A DNA stretch of 64,000 bases from the human T2T-CHM13v2.0 reference genome, Homo sapiens: assembly GCF_009914755.1 (NCBI RefSeq), contig NC_060926.1; one strand, 5' to 3'. Below are positions 45,202-63,299 of the stretch, one piece after another (within the stretch, counting starts at the first letter, position 1; every line of letters begins with the position of its first letter). The translations under genes and the position numbers were made by a program. The notes beneath the pieces are model-generated. The model ran no database searches and was not told the origin of the DNA. It saw only the letters and a list, made by a program, of their open reading frames with translations.

Positions 45202-46218
45202 ATGGGGAAAAAACAGAACAGAAAAACTGGAAACTCTAAAATGCAGAGCGCCTCTCCTCCTCCAAAGGAACGCAGTTCCTCACCAGCAACGGAACAAAGC
45301 TGGATGGAGAATGACTTTGACGAGCTGAGAGAAGAAGGCTTCAGACGATCAAATTACTCTGAGCTATGGGAGGACAATCAAACCAAAGGCAAAGAAGTTG
45401 AAAACTTTGAAAAAAATTTAGAAGAATGTATAACTAGAATAACCAATACAGAGAAGTGCTTAAAGGAGCTGATGGAGCCGAAAACCAAGGCTCAAGAACT
45501 ACGTGAAGAATGCAGAAGCCTCAGGAGCCGATGCGATCAACTGGAAGAAAGGGTATCAGCGATGGAAGATGAAATGAATGAAATGAAGCGAGAAGGGAAG
45601 TTTAGAGAAAAAAGAATAAAAAGAAATGAGCAAAGCCTCCAAGAAATATGGGACTATGTGAAAAGACCAAATCTACGTCTGATTGGTGTACCTGAAAGTG
45701 ATGGGGAGAATGGAAGCAAGTTGGAAAACACTCTGCAGGATATTATCCAGGAGAACTTCCCCAATCTAGCAAGGCAGGCCAACGTTCAGATTCAGGAAAT
45801 ACAGAGAATGCCACAAAGATACTCCTTGAGAAGAGCAACTCCAAGACACATAATTGTCAGATTCACCAAAGTTGAAATGAAGGAAAAAATGTTAAGGGCA
45901 GCCAGAGAGAAAGGTCGGATTACCCTCAAAGGGAAGCCCATCAGACTAACAGTGGATCTCTGGGCAGAAACCCTACAAGCCAGAAGAGAGTGGGGGCCAA
46001 TATTCAACATTCTTAAAGAAAAGAATTTTCAACCCAGAATTTCATATCCAGCCAAACTAAGCTTCATAAGTGAAGGAGAAATAAAATCCTTTACAGAGAA
46101 GCAAATGCTGAGAGATTTTGTCACCACCAGGCCTGCCCTAAAAGAGTTCCTGAAGGAAGCGCTAAACATGGAAAGGAACAACCGGTACCAGCCGCTGCAA
46201 AATCATGCCAAAATGTAA
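45202..46218 (+). CDS. L1 ORF1: L1 ORF1p RNA-binding chaperone, 338 aa
   Basis: Canonical length; REKG, ARR and YPAKLS motifs intact. Confidence 0.96.
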   Translation: MGKKQNRKTGNSKMQSASPPPKERSSSPATEQSWMENDFDELREEGFRRSNYSELWEDNQTKGKEVENFEKNLEECITRITNTEKCLKELMEPKTKAQELREECRSLRSRCDQLEERVSAMEDEMNEMKREGKFREKRIKRNEQSLQEIWDYVKRPNLRLIGVPESDGENGSKLENTLQDIIQENFPNLARQANVQIQEIQRMPQRYSLRRATPRHIIVRFTKVEMKEKMLRAAREKGRITLKGKPIRLTVDLWAETLQARREWGPIFNILKEKNFQPRISYPAKLSFISEGEIKSFTEKQMLRDFVTTRPALKEFLKEALNMERNNRYQPLQNHAKM

Positions 46219-46257
46219 AGACCATCAAGACTAGGAAGAAACTGCATCAACTAATGA

Positions 46258-50109
<3,852 letters not shown>

Positions 50110-51432
50110 ACAATGGGAACACATGGACACAGGAAGGGGAACATCACACTCTGGGGACTGTTGTGGGGTTGGCGGAGGGGGGAGGGATAGCATTGGGAGA
50201 TATACCTAATGCTAGATGACGAGTTAGTGGGTGCAGTGCAGCAGCATGGCACATGTATACATATGTAACTAACCTGCACAATGTGCACATGTACCCTAAA
50301 ACTTAAAGTATAATATAAAAAAAAAAAAAGAACAAAACTTAAAAAAAAAAAAAGAAAAGAAAAAGAAGGATAACATGCTTCCTTTTCTTCATTCTGTTCA
50401 ATACTTGAGCTTTTCCTAGGCACTCAAGTCCCTTTGGAAACTAATTTAAATATTCATTACAATTAAGAACTGCTGCTTCTAAAAGAGACTGCAGAGTGAA
50501 CTTCAACTAGACTTTATTTGCTGGGATTTGCCCTCCTAGCCCCTCCCTTTCACTTATTCCATATTTGTGAGGTTGCATTTAAATTACAATTCACCTTTAT
50601 GACCACCTGAGCAATTCATTTATGTTCTTAGAATAAGATATTGCTCAAGTAGTCCCTCCTCAACTAGAAAGATATCTCAATTCCAAATCTGTATAATTGC
50701 CACTGTGACAAGGGAAAAGTTGTCCTTTTCATACATTATCACTAGCTAAGACTTCAAGTGTAAGCAGCAAACATCACATGCTTATTTTGAAAGTACTCAT
50801 GAGGGTTACCATGATACTAGAAAACATAGTCTCATATATTATAATCCAGTTGGATAAATAATGAAAAGAACATAAAACATATAAAAAATTAAAAAGTTGA
50901 AGAACAAAACCTTTAGATAACAGATCAAGATAAAATAGTTAATCTGCCACTATTTCAAAAAGAATTGCACAAAAATTAATTGTATTTATGTTTTGAAGAG
51001 GAAGAGTTTGTATTAAGGCTAGGAAATCTTATACAATGCCTAGCACACAGTAGAACTTACTAAACATTGGCTGAAGAAATGAATGGAATAATAGGATGGC
51101 TCAGAAAGAAAGCCCTCTTAGAAATGAGACCAAAATGATGGGATTTAGCTCCAATTGTGAGGACTTTTATATCCTAGATATGGAGCTTGGGCTTTATCTT
51201 TTGGCAAAGGGAATGTTGATTGTCCCAAATTCAAGGCTTGCACTCCCTGTTAGGGTATCATGGATAGCTTATCCTTCACTTTCCCACTCAAAAGTTTTAT
51301 CGGTCTTCACCTATCTGCCTTCTAAAACTACTGCAGACTGAAGCTATCTCACTTTCCTCAGGGATATCTGAGTATTTCTCATCTGTATAATTCATTGGGT
51401 AATTAATCACCTGTAATTTTTAATATATCCTT

Positions 51433-51914
51433 ATGATAGTTCATTTTAATGTGTCAGCTTGACTGGGCTATGGGGTACTCAGATATTTGGTCATTCTGGG
51501 TGTTTCTGCAAGAGTGTTTTTAGATGAGATGAACATGTGTATAGGTAGACTAAGTAAAGCAATAGCCCTCCCCAATGTAGGTAGGGCTTATCCAATCAGT
51601 TGAAGGCCTTATTAAAACAAAATGCTAATCCTCCCCAAAGAAAGAAGGCCTAATGATCTTCGAACTGAACATCATTTTTTGTCCTGCTGTCAGACTTGAA
51701 CAATAAACACTGGCTCTTCCTGTGTTTCGAGCCTGCCAACCTTTGGAATGGAACTACACTATCAGCTCTCCTGGTTCTCAGGCCCTTAGACTCAGACTGA
51801 AACTAAACAATTCACTCTCCTGGGTCCAACTTGCTGACTCATTCTATAGATCTTGGGACTTACTAGTCTTCATAATTGCATGAACCAGTTTGCTGGAGAA
51901 TTCTGACTAATACA
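51433..51914 (+). mobile_element. MLT2 (ERVL) solo LTR
   Basis: 'tgatagttcattttaatgtgtcagcttgactgggc...ggagaattctgactaataca'. Confidence 0.82.
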
Positions 51915-53417
51915 GCCGTTTTTTCTTGTCTTAAACTGCTATTACAGTATTTCAATCTAGCTTAGCCTTTCTACATGTTTACAGCCGGCCTTTCAAACTA
52001 GATTGTAAGCTTCCTGAGGTCTGAGATTAGGAGGTATTCAACATCTGTGTCTCTTTTCAGGAGTTACTGGGGACTTGACTGTGGAGAGCAGTGTGGTTAC
52101 CATATGTAGTTTGGCAGATTACACCCTGCACAAGGTCCCCACTGAGAGGGCAAGTGGGATAAAAATCTAGCACCAGGTCCCCTTTACCAAGAGTGGCCTT
52201 GGCACAGGGCTATGCTCATCTGGAGGAAGAGAAGTCTGTTTCTAATTCTCAAAGCCATTGAATAGGCTATTGGATGCCCTAGACAGCAGCATTACAGGTT
52301 GGTCCCAGCCATGGGCTGTGTTAGCATCCCAGAATAATACCGACTGCCTGCTCTGTTCAACATTTGGCAGGACTCACCTAGCTCCACCTTAAAATGGCCA
52401 GAACTAAGTATCAGAAACTCCTATAAATTCTCCACAAAAGGCTCTAAAGGCAAATGTACCTTCAGTTGACTTGGAATTAGAAAAATACATGTTATATCAA
52501 TGATGGTGTTTCCATAATTTCAATATTTAAAAGTATACTAGTTAGGCTTATTAACTGCAAGTACCAGAGTCCAACTTCAAGAGATTAAGCAGAAAGATGT
52601 GTATTGGGCAGCTCACAAGAAGACTGGAAAACTACATATGGAAAACAGGCAGGAAATCTGCGGGTTCAGTAACAGCCAGGTTCAGAACCAAAATGACAGA
52701 TAGAGCCAGCCCAGTGAAGACACCTATCCCACAACCATTGAAAACTTTACTTCCTCAGCAATTACCACCAGCTGCCCTATAAGGATTTCTCCACTACTCC
52801 TGCTTCCTTGCACCACTACCTCCGAATGCAAAATCTCTGGCAAGAGTATCTGATTGGCTAAACCCTAGGGAGGCTGAGAAAAAGAGTAGCCAGTGTTTTC
52901 AGCATCTCAGTGGGAGGTAGGCTTGGCTTCCCACCTTGATTCCTAAGGTGGAAGATTTCTCAAATACAGGAATGGGATTTAGATTTGGAAAATCAAAGAA
53001 TAAAAATGTTCATTCCATGCTTATAAATACATACATCTTGAACATCTGTTGTGTATGGGAAACAAAGTAGTGTGTATTGAATAGAAAAGTTTGTTCATTT
53101 ATTTCAACTTCATTTAAACTCTTCATTGGGAGATCCCACATTAAATATAAATGCTCTCAGCTTCCCAATTTCAGGTGAGAACCCAACACATGCAGCATTT
53201 CATCGAGATGAGGGTCTCACAGAACTCAGCTGAAAAGTAACGAATCAGTGCAAGTTTATACATACACAGAATCCTAATTCTTAAATGGGAAAACAAGTTT
53301 CAGCCAGTTCCTTAATTCTGACAGATCTTATGCTGCTAGGATCCCCATCAATAACAAATGCAAGGAAGTCATGAACACATATTTTGGAAACTGCTTCAGA
53401 GACACTCAAAAGTTTTT

Positions 53418-53735
<318 letters not shown>

Positions 53736-55290
53736 CTATCAATTTACTTCTGAGATCTTGCTTATGATGTAATTAACAAATATCTTTTAACATAAGGAAA
53801 GAGCACAGATTCTCTCATTGTTTTCACTTTAAAATACATGCCAAGGCTCATAATAATTTTTAGGTCTCAAAAACATATAAAACATCAAGTATATTTTCTT
53901 TCTTGAAGTATATTCTCACAAATCTAGAAGACATTGTTATGGCTCCTACTCACTTTATAGATTACTAACTGCCAGACAGAAATCTTCTATAAAGAATTGC
54001 TGACTGAATATGCCAATAAGTAATCATGTCTCAACAATGATGTGAGGATAAACTACGATGAGTGAAAATGTTTGGAATTCCTAAAGAAGAAAATGTGCTG
54101 AGTCATGGAAAGTACTGATGTATAGTTTCTCAACTAAATGATGGACAGCAAAGAATACTGTGACTCCTAAAAATAACTCTTTGTTTTTATTTTAAAGAAA
54201 TTACACTAATATATATCTTTTTGTTTTCCACAATTGGGAAGTGATATCTGTCATGTTAAGCCCTGTGCTTCTGTTGAGGCAATGAGTGAGGGCCTGGTTC
54301 TTGGGCTCTGTCTCTTCCATACTACTGAGGTGAACTGTTAAGAAGTGGCTTTAAAATCTTTATTAATAAAACCAATCCCAGACAAAAGTGTTCCTCGGAG
54401 ACCTTTCCCCCACTCCTTCCTCTCTGACTTCTCTGCTCCTGGTACCCCTGTCTCCCAGCAAGCTGTGACCTGGGTCCTATTCCCACAAGGCCTCCTCCTA
54501 ACCTTTAGCTACTAACTCTTGCTATTTTTACCCTTTCTGTATGTTTTGGCTTAATTCTGAAAAGCCTCCAATAAACAAAAGAGATCTTTTGGAGCAAAAG
54601 GCACCCAACATTTCACCATCGATGTCCCATTTTCCTTAGGGCACTGCTTATAAGACATTACAAACTTGCCTTTCTGGTTAAATCAGTATCTGGCATGAAA
54701 GACAATTGAAAGTCAATTCATCTAGAGCAATGTCTCAAGGTACTGCCCTCCCATGGGAAAAGGGATCCCAGAGATTATGAACTCAGAGGAAAGCTGCCAC
54801 ATTTTGATAGACTGGAAAGTTCCAGACATTCCTTAGATAATGGCCCTGAAGGAAGGCCCAAAGAAAAGGCTTATGGGCCTGTTTGTTTACCCCATAATTG
54901 GTCTACCCTACTCAATGTGTGGCCATTTACCCATATGTTACAGGTCAAAGACAGGTAAGAACAGAAATAGAGAGCAAGCATTAAAAAATTGTTATAGCAA
55001 CTTGACAATGTCTTCTGAGTCTAAGAATACAAAATTGGTGTTTGTATTTTGTCTTTTATTCATTTTCTAATAATTCATTTTTATTGTATTTTATTAAAGT
55101 ATGGATCTACAAAGTATTGGGGGGATTTCTTTGTGGTTCTTCACCACAGATAGCTTGATTAGCACTGGTTTAAAAGAACGAGGTGAAAATGAATTACTTG
55201 CAGTGATACTTGATAGAGCTATGGTACATAATTCCTGATGATTTTTAGCTTAGAGGTTTACTTTAAAAATAAATTGTAAATATCTATTTA

Positions 55291-55652
<362 letters not shown>

Positions 55653-56364
55653 TTACCTAGCAATACTAAAAACATAGAACAAACTACAGTCAACAAATAT
55701 ACAGAGAAGTGAGTTCTTTTCCAAGTCTAAAGAAGATCAAATATGATAAAAGGAATGAATGTCTCTGCCACTGAAACAACATAAATATTTGCTCTTTCAA
55801 GTTAGAACTTGAGAATATGATTGTTATTTGGCACTGAATGTTTCTTCATCAGCACCCCCAAGGAAGCCGGGTTGATCCCCGTGGCCTCTGGCTGGCTCAG
55901 GCATACCATCTTGGCTCACACTGAAGCACAAAAGGACATCTCAGATCACTGCCCCAGCCCCACTCCCTGCCCATCACCTGTTCCCAAGCAGTTTTGTTGG
56001 CAGGGGAAGGGTGGGGTGGTCAATGTAGAGGACAAATAAAGTTACTGTCAGCCCTGCAGCTGAATAAGAAGTAGGAAGAGCCAAGCAGCATTTCCTAAAG
56101 CATGTCTCGAGCTATACTTCGGCAAAAATATCCACCCTGGAAATGTGTTCAGAACTATAAGAATGAACTTATTTTTTTCCTTGGACTGAGCCAGATTTAG
56201 TAATGCTAATAGATATTGTATCAGATACATTAGATTTTTGTAGTAATCCAAGGTAATTCCCTAGGTGGTGTGATATGAGGAAGGGAACACAGACGAACTA
56301 CTGCAAAATGTTTCCCCATCAGGCTATCCTAATACACACAATTCTATTATTAAAATATTCCCTT

Positions 56365-56760
56365 TTATCACAGTCTGTTGGGTTGCCGTAACAAAATACC
56401 ATAGGCTGGATGGCTTAATTAAACAAAAGAAATTTGTTTCTCATAGCTCTGGAGGCTGAGAAGCCCAAGATGCAGGTGCTGGCAAGGTAGATTTCATTCC
56501 AAGGCCTCTTCTCTTGACTTGTAGGTGGCCATCATCTTGCTGTGTGCTCATATGACCTCCTCTTTGTGTGTGCATGGAAAGAGAAAGTGAGCTCGCTAGT
56601 GTCTCTTTTATAAGGACACTAATTCCATCATGAGGGTCCCCTTAGGAGCTCATCTAATCCTAATTACCTTCCAAAAGTTTCTCCAAATACCATTATATTG
56701 GGGGTTAGGGCTCGACATATTAGTTGGGAGTGGAGAACACAAACATTCAATCCATAATAT
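56365..56760 (-). mobile_element. MLT1A-like solo LTR
   Basis: 'gggttgccgtaacaaaataccataggctggatggcttaa...ttttataaggacactaat...aaacattcaatccata'. Confidence 0.8.
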
Positions 56761-57468
56761 TTTTGAGCTAAGAAATTATATCCATAAGTATCTTTTTAAA
56801 TAAAACATTCTAATTCTTCAATACCTATTTTTATAGAGTTGAATTTATTCCTTATATTCATCAGATTTATCACAGCATGAGGGGGCAGGGAGTGGAGAAA
56901 CGATATGTAACCAGAAGAAAAATATAAAATATCCAGGCTTGGAAGCAATAAAGGAGAAGGCAAAAAGAAAAAGAAAAATGAACTATTTAAGAATTGCCCT
57001 AAGACTGGCTGTTATGAGATGTTATTAATTCATTCATTTTCTCTGTAGTAATTAATTGAACTCATAGGTGTAGGTACAGTGCTGAGTTGGAGATAACCTG
57101 GAATAAAAGCTGACCAAAATGGACTTTACAGACAATAGACAGACCTTTGGCAGGTAAGATTCATGTGATGTTAGGGTGTTATGCTGGAAGCGAGTCCAGG
57201 GTGGAGCAGGGGCAAAGGAGGAGGCCAAATCTACCCAGGAACTCAGAAAACACTCACTGGGGAGATCAAAGGTAAGTGAATCTTAAAGGAGGCAGGTACC
57301 CAGAAGAACAGTTCAGATGGGAGAAAGGGAGGAGGTGGGAGGGACCAAGGGGGCTGGGGCACTGAGGACCAGGCTCAGAGGCAGAACACAGAAATGCAAC
57401 AAGTCACACACTAGTGGCAGGCACAGGCCAGATCTGGTGGAATTCGTATACCCCACAAAGGAGTTTTT

Positions 57469-57790
<322 letters not shown>

Positions 57791-58167
57791 AGGAGTTTTT
57801 GCTTTATCCACAATCACTGAAGGATTTTAAAGAGCCACGGAGTAACTGAATCAGATTTTCTCTTTAGAGAGATTAGTCTTGTAGGCAAGGTGAAGAGTAG
57901 ATTGGAGGAGTCAGAGACTAAGAAATCCGTTAGGAGACTGTTGCAAAAGCCTTGGCAAGAAATGATGGAGAGGGGAATGAAATAAGGCCACAGTGTGGGG
58001 AAGGAGAAGAAAAAAGGATAGTTCTTGAGGAGCAGAATTGACAGGACCAAGGATAAGTCCAATTGTGTACTGAAGCAGAGGGCATTCTTAGATGCCCGGT
58101 GACTCTAGGTGACATGATGCACCATTTGCTGAGGTAAGAAATTTGGTTGAAGAGAGCAGGTTTGAGC

Positions 58168-58476
<309 letters not shown>

Positions 58477-60422
58477 AGTGGATTTGATGGGAACACAGTG
58501 AGTTCTGTTAGGCATGCTTTGTTGGAGGTGCCTACAGGACAGTCAGGAAGCGGCTGGATCTATGAGCCAAGAGCTCAGGAGAAAGGCTGGGGCAGGAGCT
58601 CTATATTGAGAGTTACCTGCTTCAAGGCAAGCAAGGCAGAGCGTGAGCTGCCTGAGCTAGGATCCTGGACAATCCAAAGAAACCCTGCGTATATAGCTGT
58701 CTTCATAAGTAAATGGCGAGTTCCTGAAGGGTCAAATCATTCATTTTTCATCTTACAGCATTTTGTATAAAGAAAATGCTCCACAGCTGTAGATATAATA
58801 TAAGATACTAGCAGCACCAGGAAAATAGATTCAGTCTCTGACATAACTGGGCTCCACCATGTCCAAGCTGAAGTAGCAGCAACTGCTGCCCAGAATGGAT
58901 TTAGAAATGAAAACATGAATGAAGCCTCCTGCTGGAGCTTTGTTCCTTGATTTTTTTCACTTAATAAACAACACACCTTCTGAGTAAAATAATCTATTTT
59001 AATGACTCCAAAAATAGTATTTGCAAATAGAGTTGAAGCCTTCTAGTGAGGACCTATGTTGAAGTGGAAGAAGTATTTGGAGTATGATTTCCCAAGTAGG
59101 TGTGGTCAGAAACGGGGGCGGCTGGAAAGGTGGAGAATCACCTGTGATAGAAACAGAGTACAACAAAACATGCTCTCTGCTTTCTGCTGTATTCGTTAAA
59201 TAGCCTTTATTGTTTTTGCTAAGAAAGGTCAATTAATCATCCAAAGTGCTATCTGACAGAAATTAACAATCAGCTGTGACAAATATCCAGTAAGAGCTCA
59301 CAACAACAAAGGGTTTTGTTTTTCTCTTTCCATATACCATTGAAAAAGGAGGCATTGGCATGTCATATCTCTTTTTACAGCTTCATTAGTGATTTTTGGC
59401 ACGTACGAAGAGGTGAGAAAAATAGAAGTGTCGCTGCTCATCTAAGCAGACCACAGGTAATTAGTTACAGCCCCATTCCCTCGGCGATATCATCCCTTAA
59501 CAAAGCACTCAAATGTTTCAGAGCAAACCTTGTCCAGAAAGGAGAAAAAAAGTAGGTAGCACAACTCTCTACTTGAACTGGGTCCAGTAAATCTCAGAAG
59601 TGATAACAGGTAAAACAGAGGATTACTAAACTGAATTCAAATTCTGTTTTATAGGAAAATTAAAACTAGTGTTAGAAACTACCATAAGTCCTACCACCTT
59701 CCTCAAAGATTCTAAAACACACTCTGTGCTTTTGTTCAATGCAAGTTTTGGTGTTAATGTTTCAGCCACAAATATGAAGAGATTTTGCAGTTCATCCTCA
59801 AATAGAGCTCTGCAGGATTCCAGGGAGACTCTATATTTTACTTGTCCTCCTCCGCATCAACAGGGTTCCCACCCTACACCCTCTACAAAGGGACGTCCAC
59901 GTTTTGCTTCAGGGAGGGCCCTGTTACTAAGTCTTTACCTAAACCCATGCACTCTGGTGAAGCACTATCTTTAGGTATCAAGGCCATTTCAGATGATTTC
60001 CATGGAATGTTCTAGGATGGAGCCACCAAGTTCTCCAGTTTGCCTGCTTCTAATTTAGGACTGAGGCTGTATTTTCTACATCTGGTTCTTCCCTGTGGGT
60101 CAGCCATTTCTGGCTGTAGCTTTAACATCCTCTGTCTGCCCTGTCAATAAACTGTATGCCTTGGTCCCTTTTGTGAGAAAAGTCATATCTTGTTTGCAAT
60201 AAAATATGAAAATGGGTTCTCTTCATTATGTAGAAACATTATGTGGAAACTTTCATGTGTTCCCTTCATTATATACCAGGAAGCTGGGTGCAATATCACT
60301 GAACACAGTGGTTCCCTTAGCAGCAGAAGTTAAGGATCCTAATATTTAGTCTCGTCCCCCTCAACATGAACTAGATTATCATTGTCACAGATTTTGCTGG
60401 TCTTAGGAATGTTGAGCCCTTT

Positions 60423-60807
60423 ATATGGTTTTCAAATGCCATGTTGAAATGTGACCTCCAATGTTGGAGGTAGGTCTAGTGGGAAGCGACTGGTTTGTGG
60501 GGGTGAATCCCTCACGAATGGCTTGGTGCACTCCCCATGGTAATGAGTGTGTTCTCAGTCTGTGAGTTCATGCAAGAGCTGTCGTTTAAAAGAACCTGAC
60601 ATCTCTCTTGCTCCCTCTTTTGCCATGTGATGCACCTGTTACCCCTTTGCCTTCCATCATCAGTGGAGGCTTCCTGAGGCCTCACAGGAAGAGTATGCTG
60701 GCACCATGTTGGTACAGTCTGCAGAACTGAGCCAAAGAAACCTCTTTCCTTTATAAATTATCCAGCCTCAGGTATTCCTTTATAGCAATGCAAAATGGAC
60801 TAATACA
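60423..60807 (+). mobile_element. MSTB-like solo LTR
   Basis: 'atgttgaaatgtgacctccaatgttggagg...cagcctcaggtattcctttatagcaatgcaaaatggactaataca'. Confidence 0.85.
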
Positions 60808-62071
60808 GCCCTACATTACCTTCCTGCCTGCTGGTCAGTTAGCCTTATCTTCAATAGTTCCAGAGGCAGAAATCTCTTGAAGCAGCTCATCTTGCTTTTA
60901 GGTCCAGAAAGATCTTCCTTACAGAGTCAAAGTGTTTTCCTGTAACTTTTAGTCATTTGTTCCAATACTGCTTTCTGAAGCATCATGTCATGATCATGTT
61001 TTCCTATACCTCATGGTCCCCTAAAGGGCTGAAGGCCTTTCTTAGAGCTCATTCTCTTCCTCCCCATCCCACCAGCCTCGTCCTCTCTAAACGAAATATA
61101 ATTTGTCCTTCAATGTTCTAGACTCTAACCTTCTATTTGTCCCTTTTGGGAACACTTCCTTTTGTAAATTCCCATTGAAACAGTCTTTTCAGCACAAACC
61201 CCAATAGCCCATGTGTAACATGACAAGCACAGAGAGGTCGCAGTGACTCTTCTCTGATATGGATGCTGTACCAGATGTAGCCCACAGTCCTTGTGTGGTG
61301 TTTATCTGTCCTACCACACACCGAGGCCCCGTCACATGCTGGGAAGAGCAGCAGCCTCTGGAGGATAGGGAGCAAGACCACCAGGTTCTCTGGAAGAAAC
61401 CAGCGCTGGTCTGGCACCCATGCTCATTGGTTCCATCCAACTCCAGCACTTCTCTTGAACAACAGTCAAGGGGGATCATTGGTCAAAAGTTCTTGAAGAC
61501 AGCAAAAAAGAAGGTTGTGAAAAACTGAGCTCTCTTAGGAGACTGACCCATCAATAGAGTCAACGTGCTATTTTATAGATCCTGGAGTAAACTTAACCAT
61601 AAATTCATGTAGCACCAGACACAGATAATGCGTAAATGAAACAACGGTGTATTTTTATCCTGCCTCATTACAAAATGGGTGAATCCTTTATTTAGCAGTT
61701 GCTATGAGAAATATCTATTTTAGTCCTTTCCAGAATTACTGCTTCTTAATGATCCCACATTATTCACTGATTGAGCCAATGGTCCCACAGACTAAGGTAA
61801 GCTCGTTGCCCCTACGACTGGACCCCTGAGCCTATCTTGAGAAAGTGGTACAACTTCACAGAGGCTTACCATAAATTCATTTTCTTCCACACCAACTAAG
61901 GCTTTAAAATAATGTATATTCACACCCACTTGGGTGGTTACTATAAAAAATAAAACAGAAGACAAAAGTGTTGGTGAGGATGTGGAGAAACATTCAATAC
62001 TGGGAGAATGGATGAACTAAGACTGTGAGGGTACAAGAGGAGCTGAAAGGAGAGAAAGTATAGTCACAGAA

Positions 62072-62433
62072 TGTATTCATTTGTTTTCACACTGCTGATA
62101 AAGACATACCTGAGACTGGACAATTTACAAAGGAAAGAGGTTTAATGGAGAACTCACAGTTCCACATGGCCGGGGAGGCCTCACAATCATGGTGGAAGGT
62201 GAGGAAGAGCAAGTCACATCTTACATGGATGGCAGCAGGCAAAGGGAGAGCCTGTGCAGTCAAACTCCTGTTTCTAAGACTTCAGATGTCATGAAACTTA
62301 TTCACTATCATGAGAACAGCACAGGAAAGACCCACCCCCGTGATTCAATTCACTGAGTCCCTCCCACAACACATGGGAATTATGGGAGGGATAAGATGAG
62401 ATTTGAGTGGGGACACAAAGCCAAACCATATCA
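62072..62433 (-). mobile_element. THE1A/B solo LTR
   Basis: 'tgtattcatttgttttcacactgctgataaagacatacctgagactgg...ccaaaccatatca'; 5-bp TSD cagaa/cagga. Confidence 0.9.
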
Positions 62434-62674
62434 CAGGACAAAGCTGGATTTAAATGCCACAGAGAGATGACTCCTGGTGCAGCCATGGATGTGAGTGCTG
62501 GAGTGGAGGACAGATGCAGGCCATTCGAGTCATGAAGGTAGGGAACAAGAGGAGAGGGCAGTGGATATGAAGCCTCATTCTCATTGGGGGAGTTTTAAAA
62601 AAATACTGACTGACACCCATGTTCTATCCCCAGCAATGCCCATGGGTCTGGGCAATGAGGTATATTTTGTTTCT

Positions 62675-62950
62675 TGTTTTTTTTTAGTTGTAAAATATGT
62701 GTAACATAAAATATTCTATTTTAACCATTTTTAAATTTACAGTTCTGTGGCATTCAGACCATTCACATTGTTGTGCAACTATCACCATCAGCTATCTCCA
62801 GAACTTTTTTGTCTTCCCCAACTGAAACTCCATACCCATTAAACAATGACTTCCCATTCCACCCGCCCCCCAACATCCCAGGCCCCTGGAAACCAACATT
62901 CTACTTTCTGTCTCTATGAATTTGACTATCGTAGGAACCTCATTCTAGGT
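62675..62950 (-). mobile_element. L1MB-like 3' end
   Basis: 'cacattgttgtgcaactatcacc...ctgaaactccatacccattaaac...ttctactttctgtctctatgaatttgac'. Confidence 0.8.
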
Positions 62951-63299
62951 ACCTCAAACCTGATATTGTTTGAAAACTTCCTTGATGAGTCTAATATGCA
63001 GCCACTGTTAAGAAGTATTGTGCTATGATGCTGGCTGTTTCAACTATGTGGACCATGAAGTTCCCTGGGGCCATGCCAATCCTTGGAGACAGGAAGAAGA
63101 TTATGAGGCAGATAAAGTCTTCAGTAAATAAGCTACATGAAAATCATGATGGAAAAAGGGTAGCAGAAACCTCAAAAGGGTCAGGTTGTTATATAAAGCA
63201 CAGGGGTGCTAGGCTGGAAATGTGAGCCAAGATGGCATAAAGATTTCAACCCAAGTCTGATTGCAAAGTCCAGCTTCCTTCTGTTATACCAGTGGTTCT

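Noticed and set aside
61133-61528. Cluster of overlapping ORFs and a minus-strand acceptor-like tract at about 61492
   Set aside because: All three frames stop shortly after the acceptor; no known protein or pseudogene recognised
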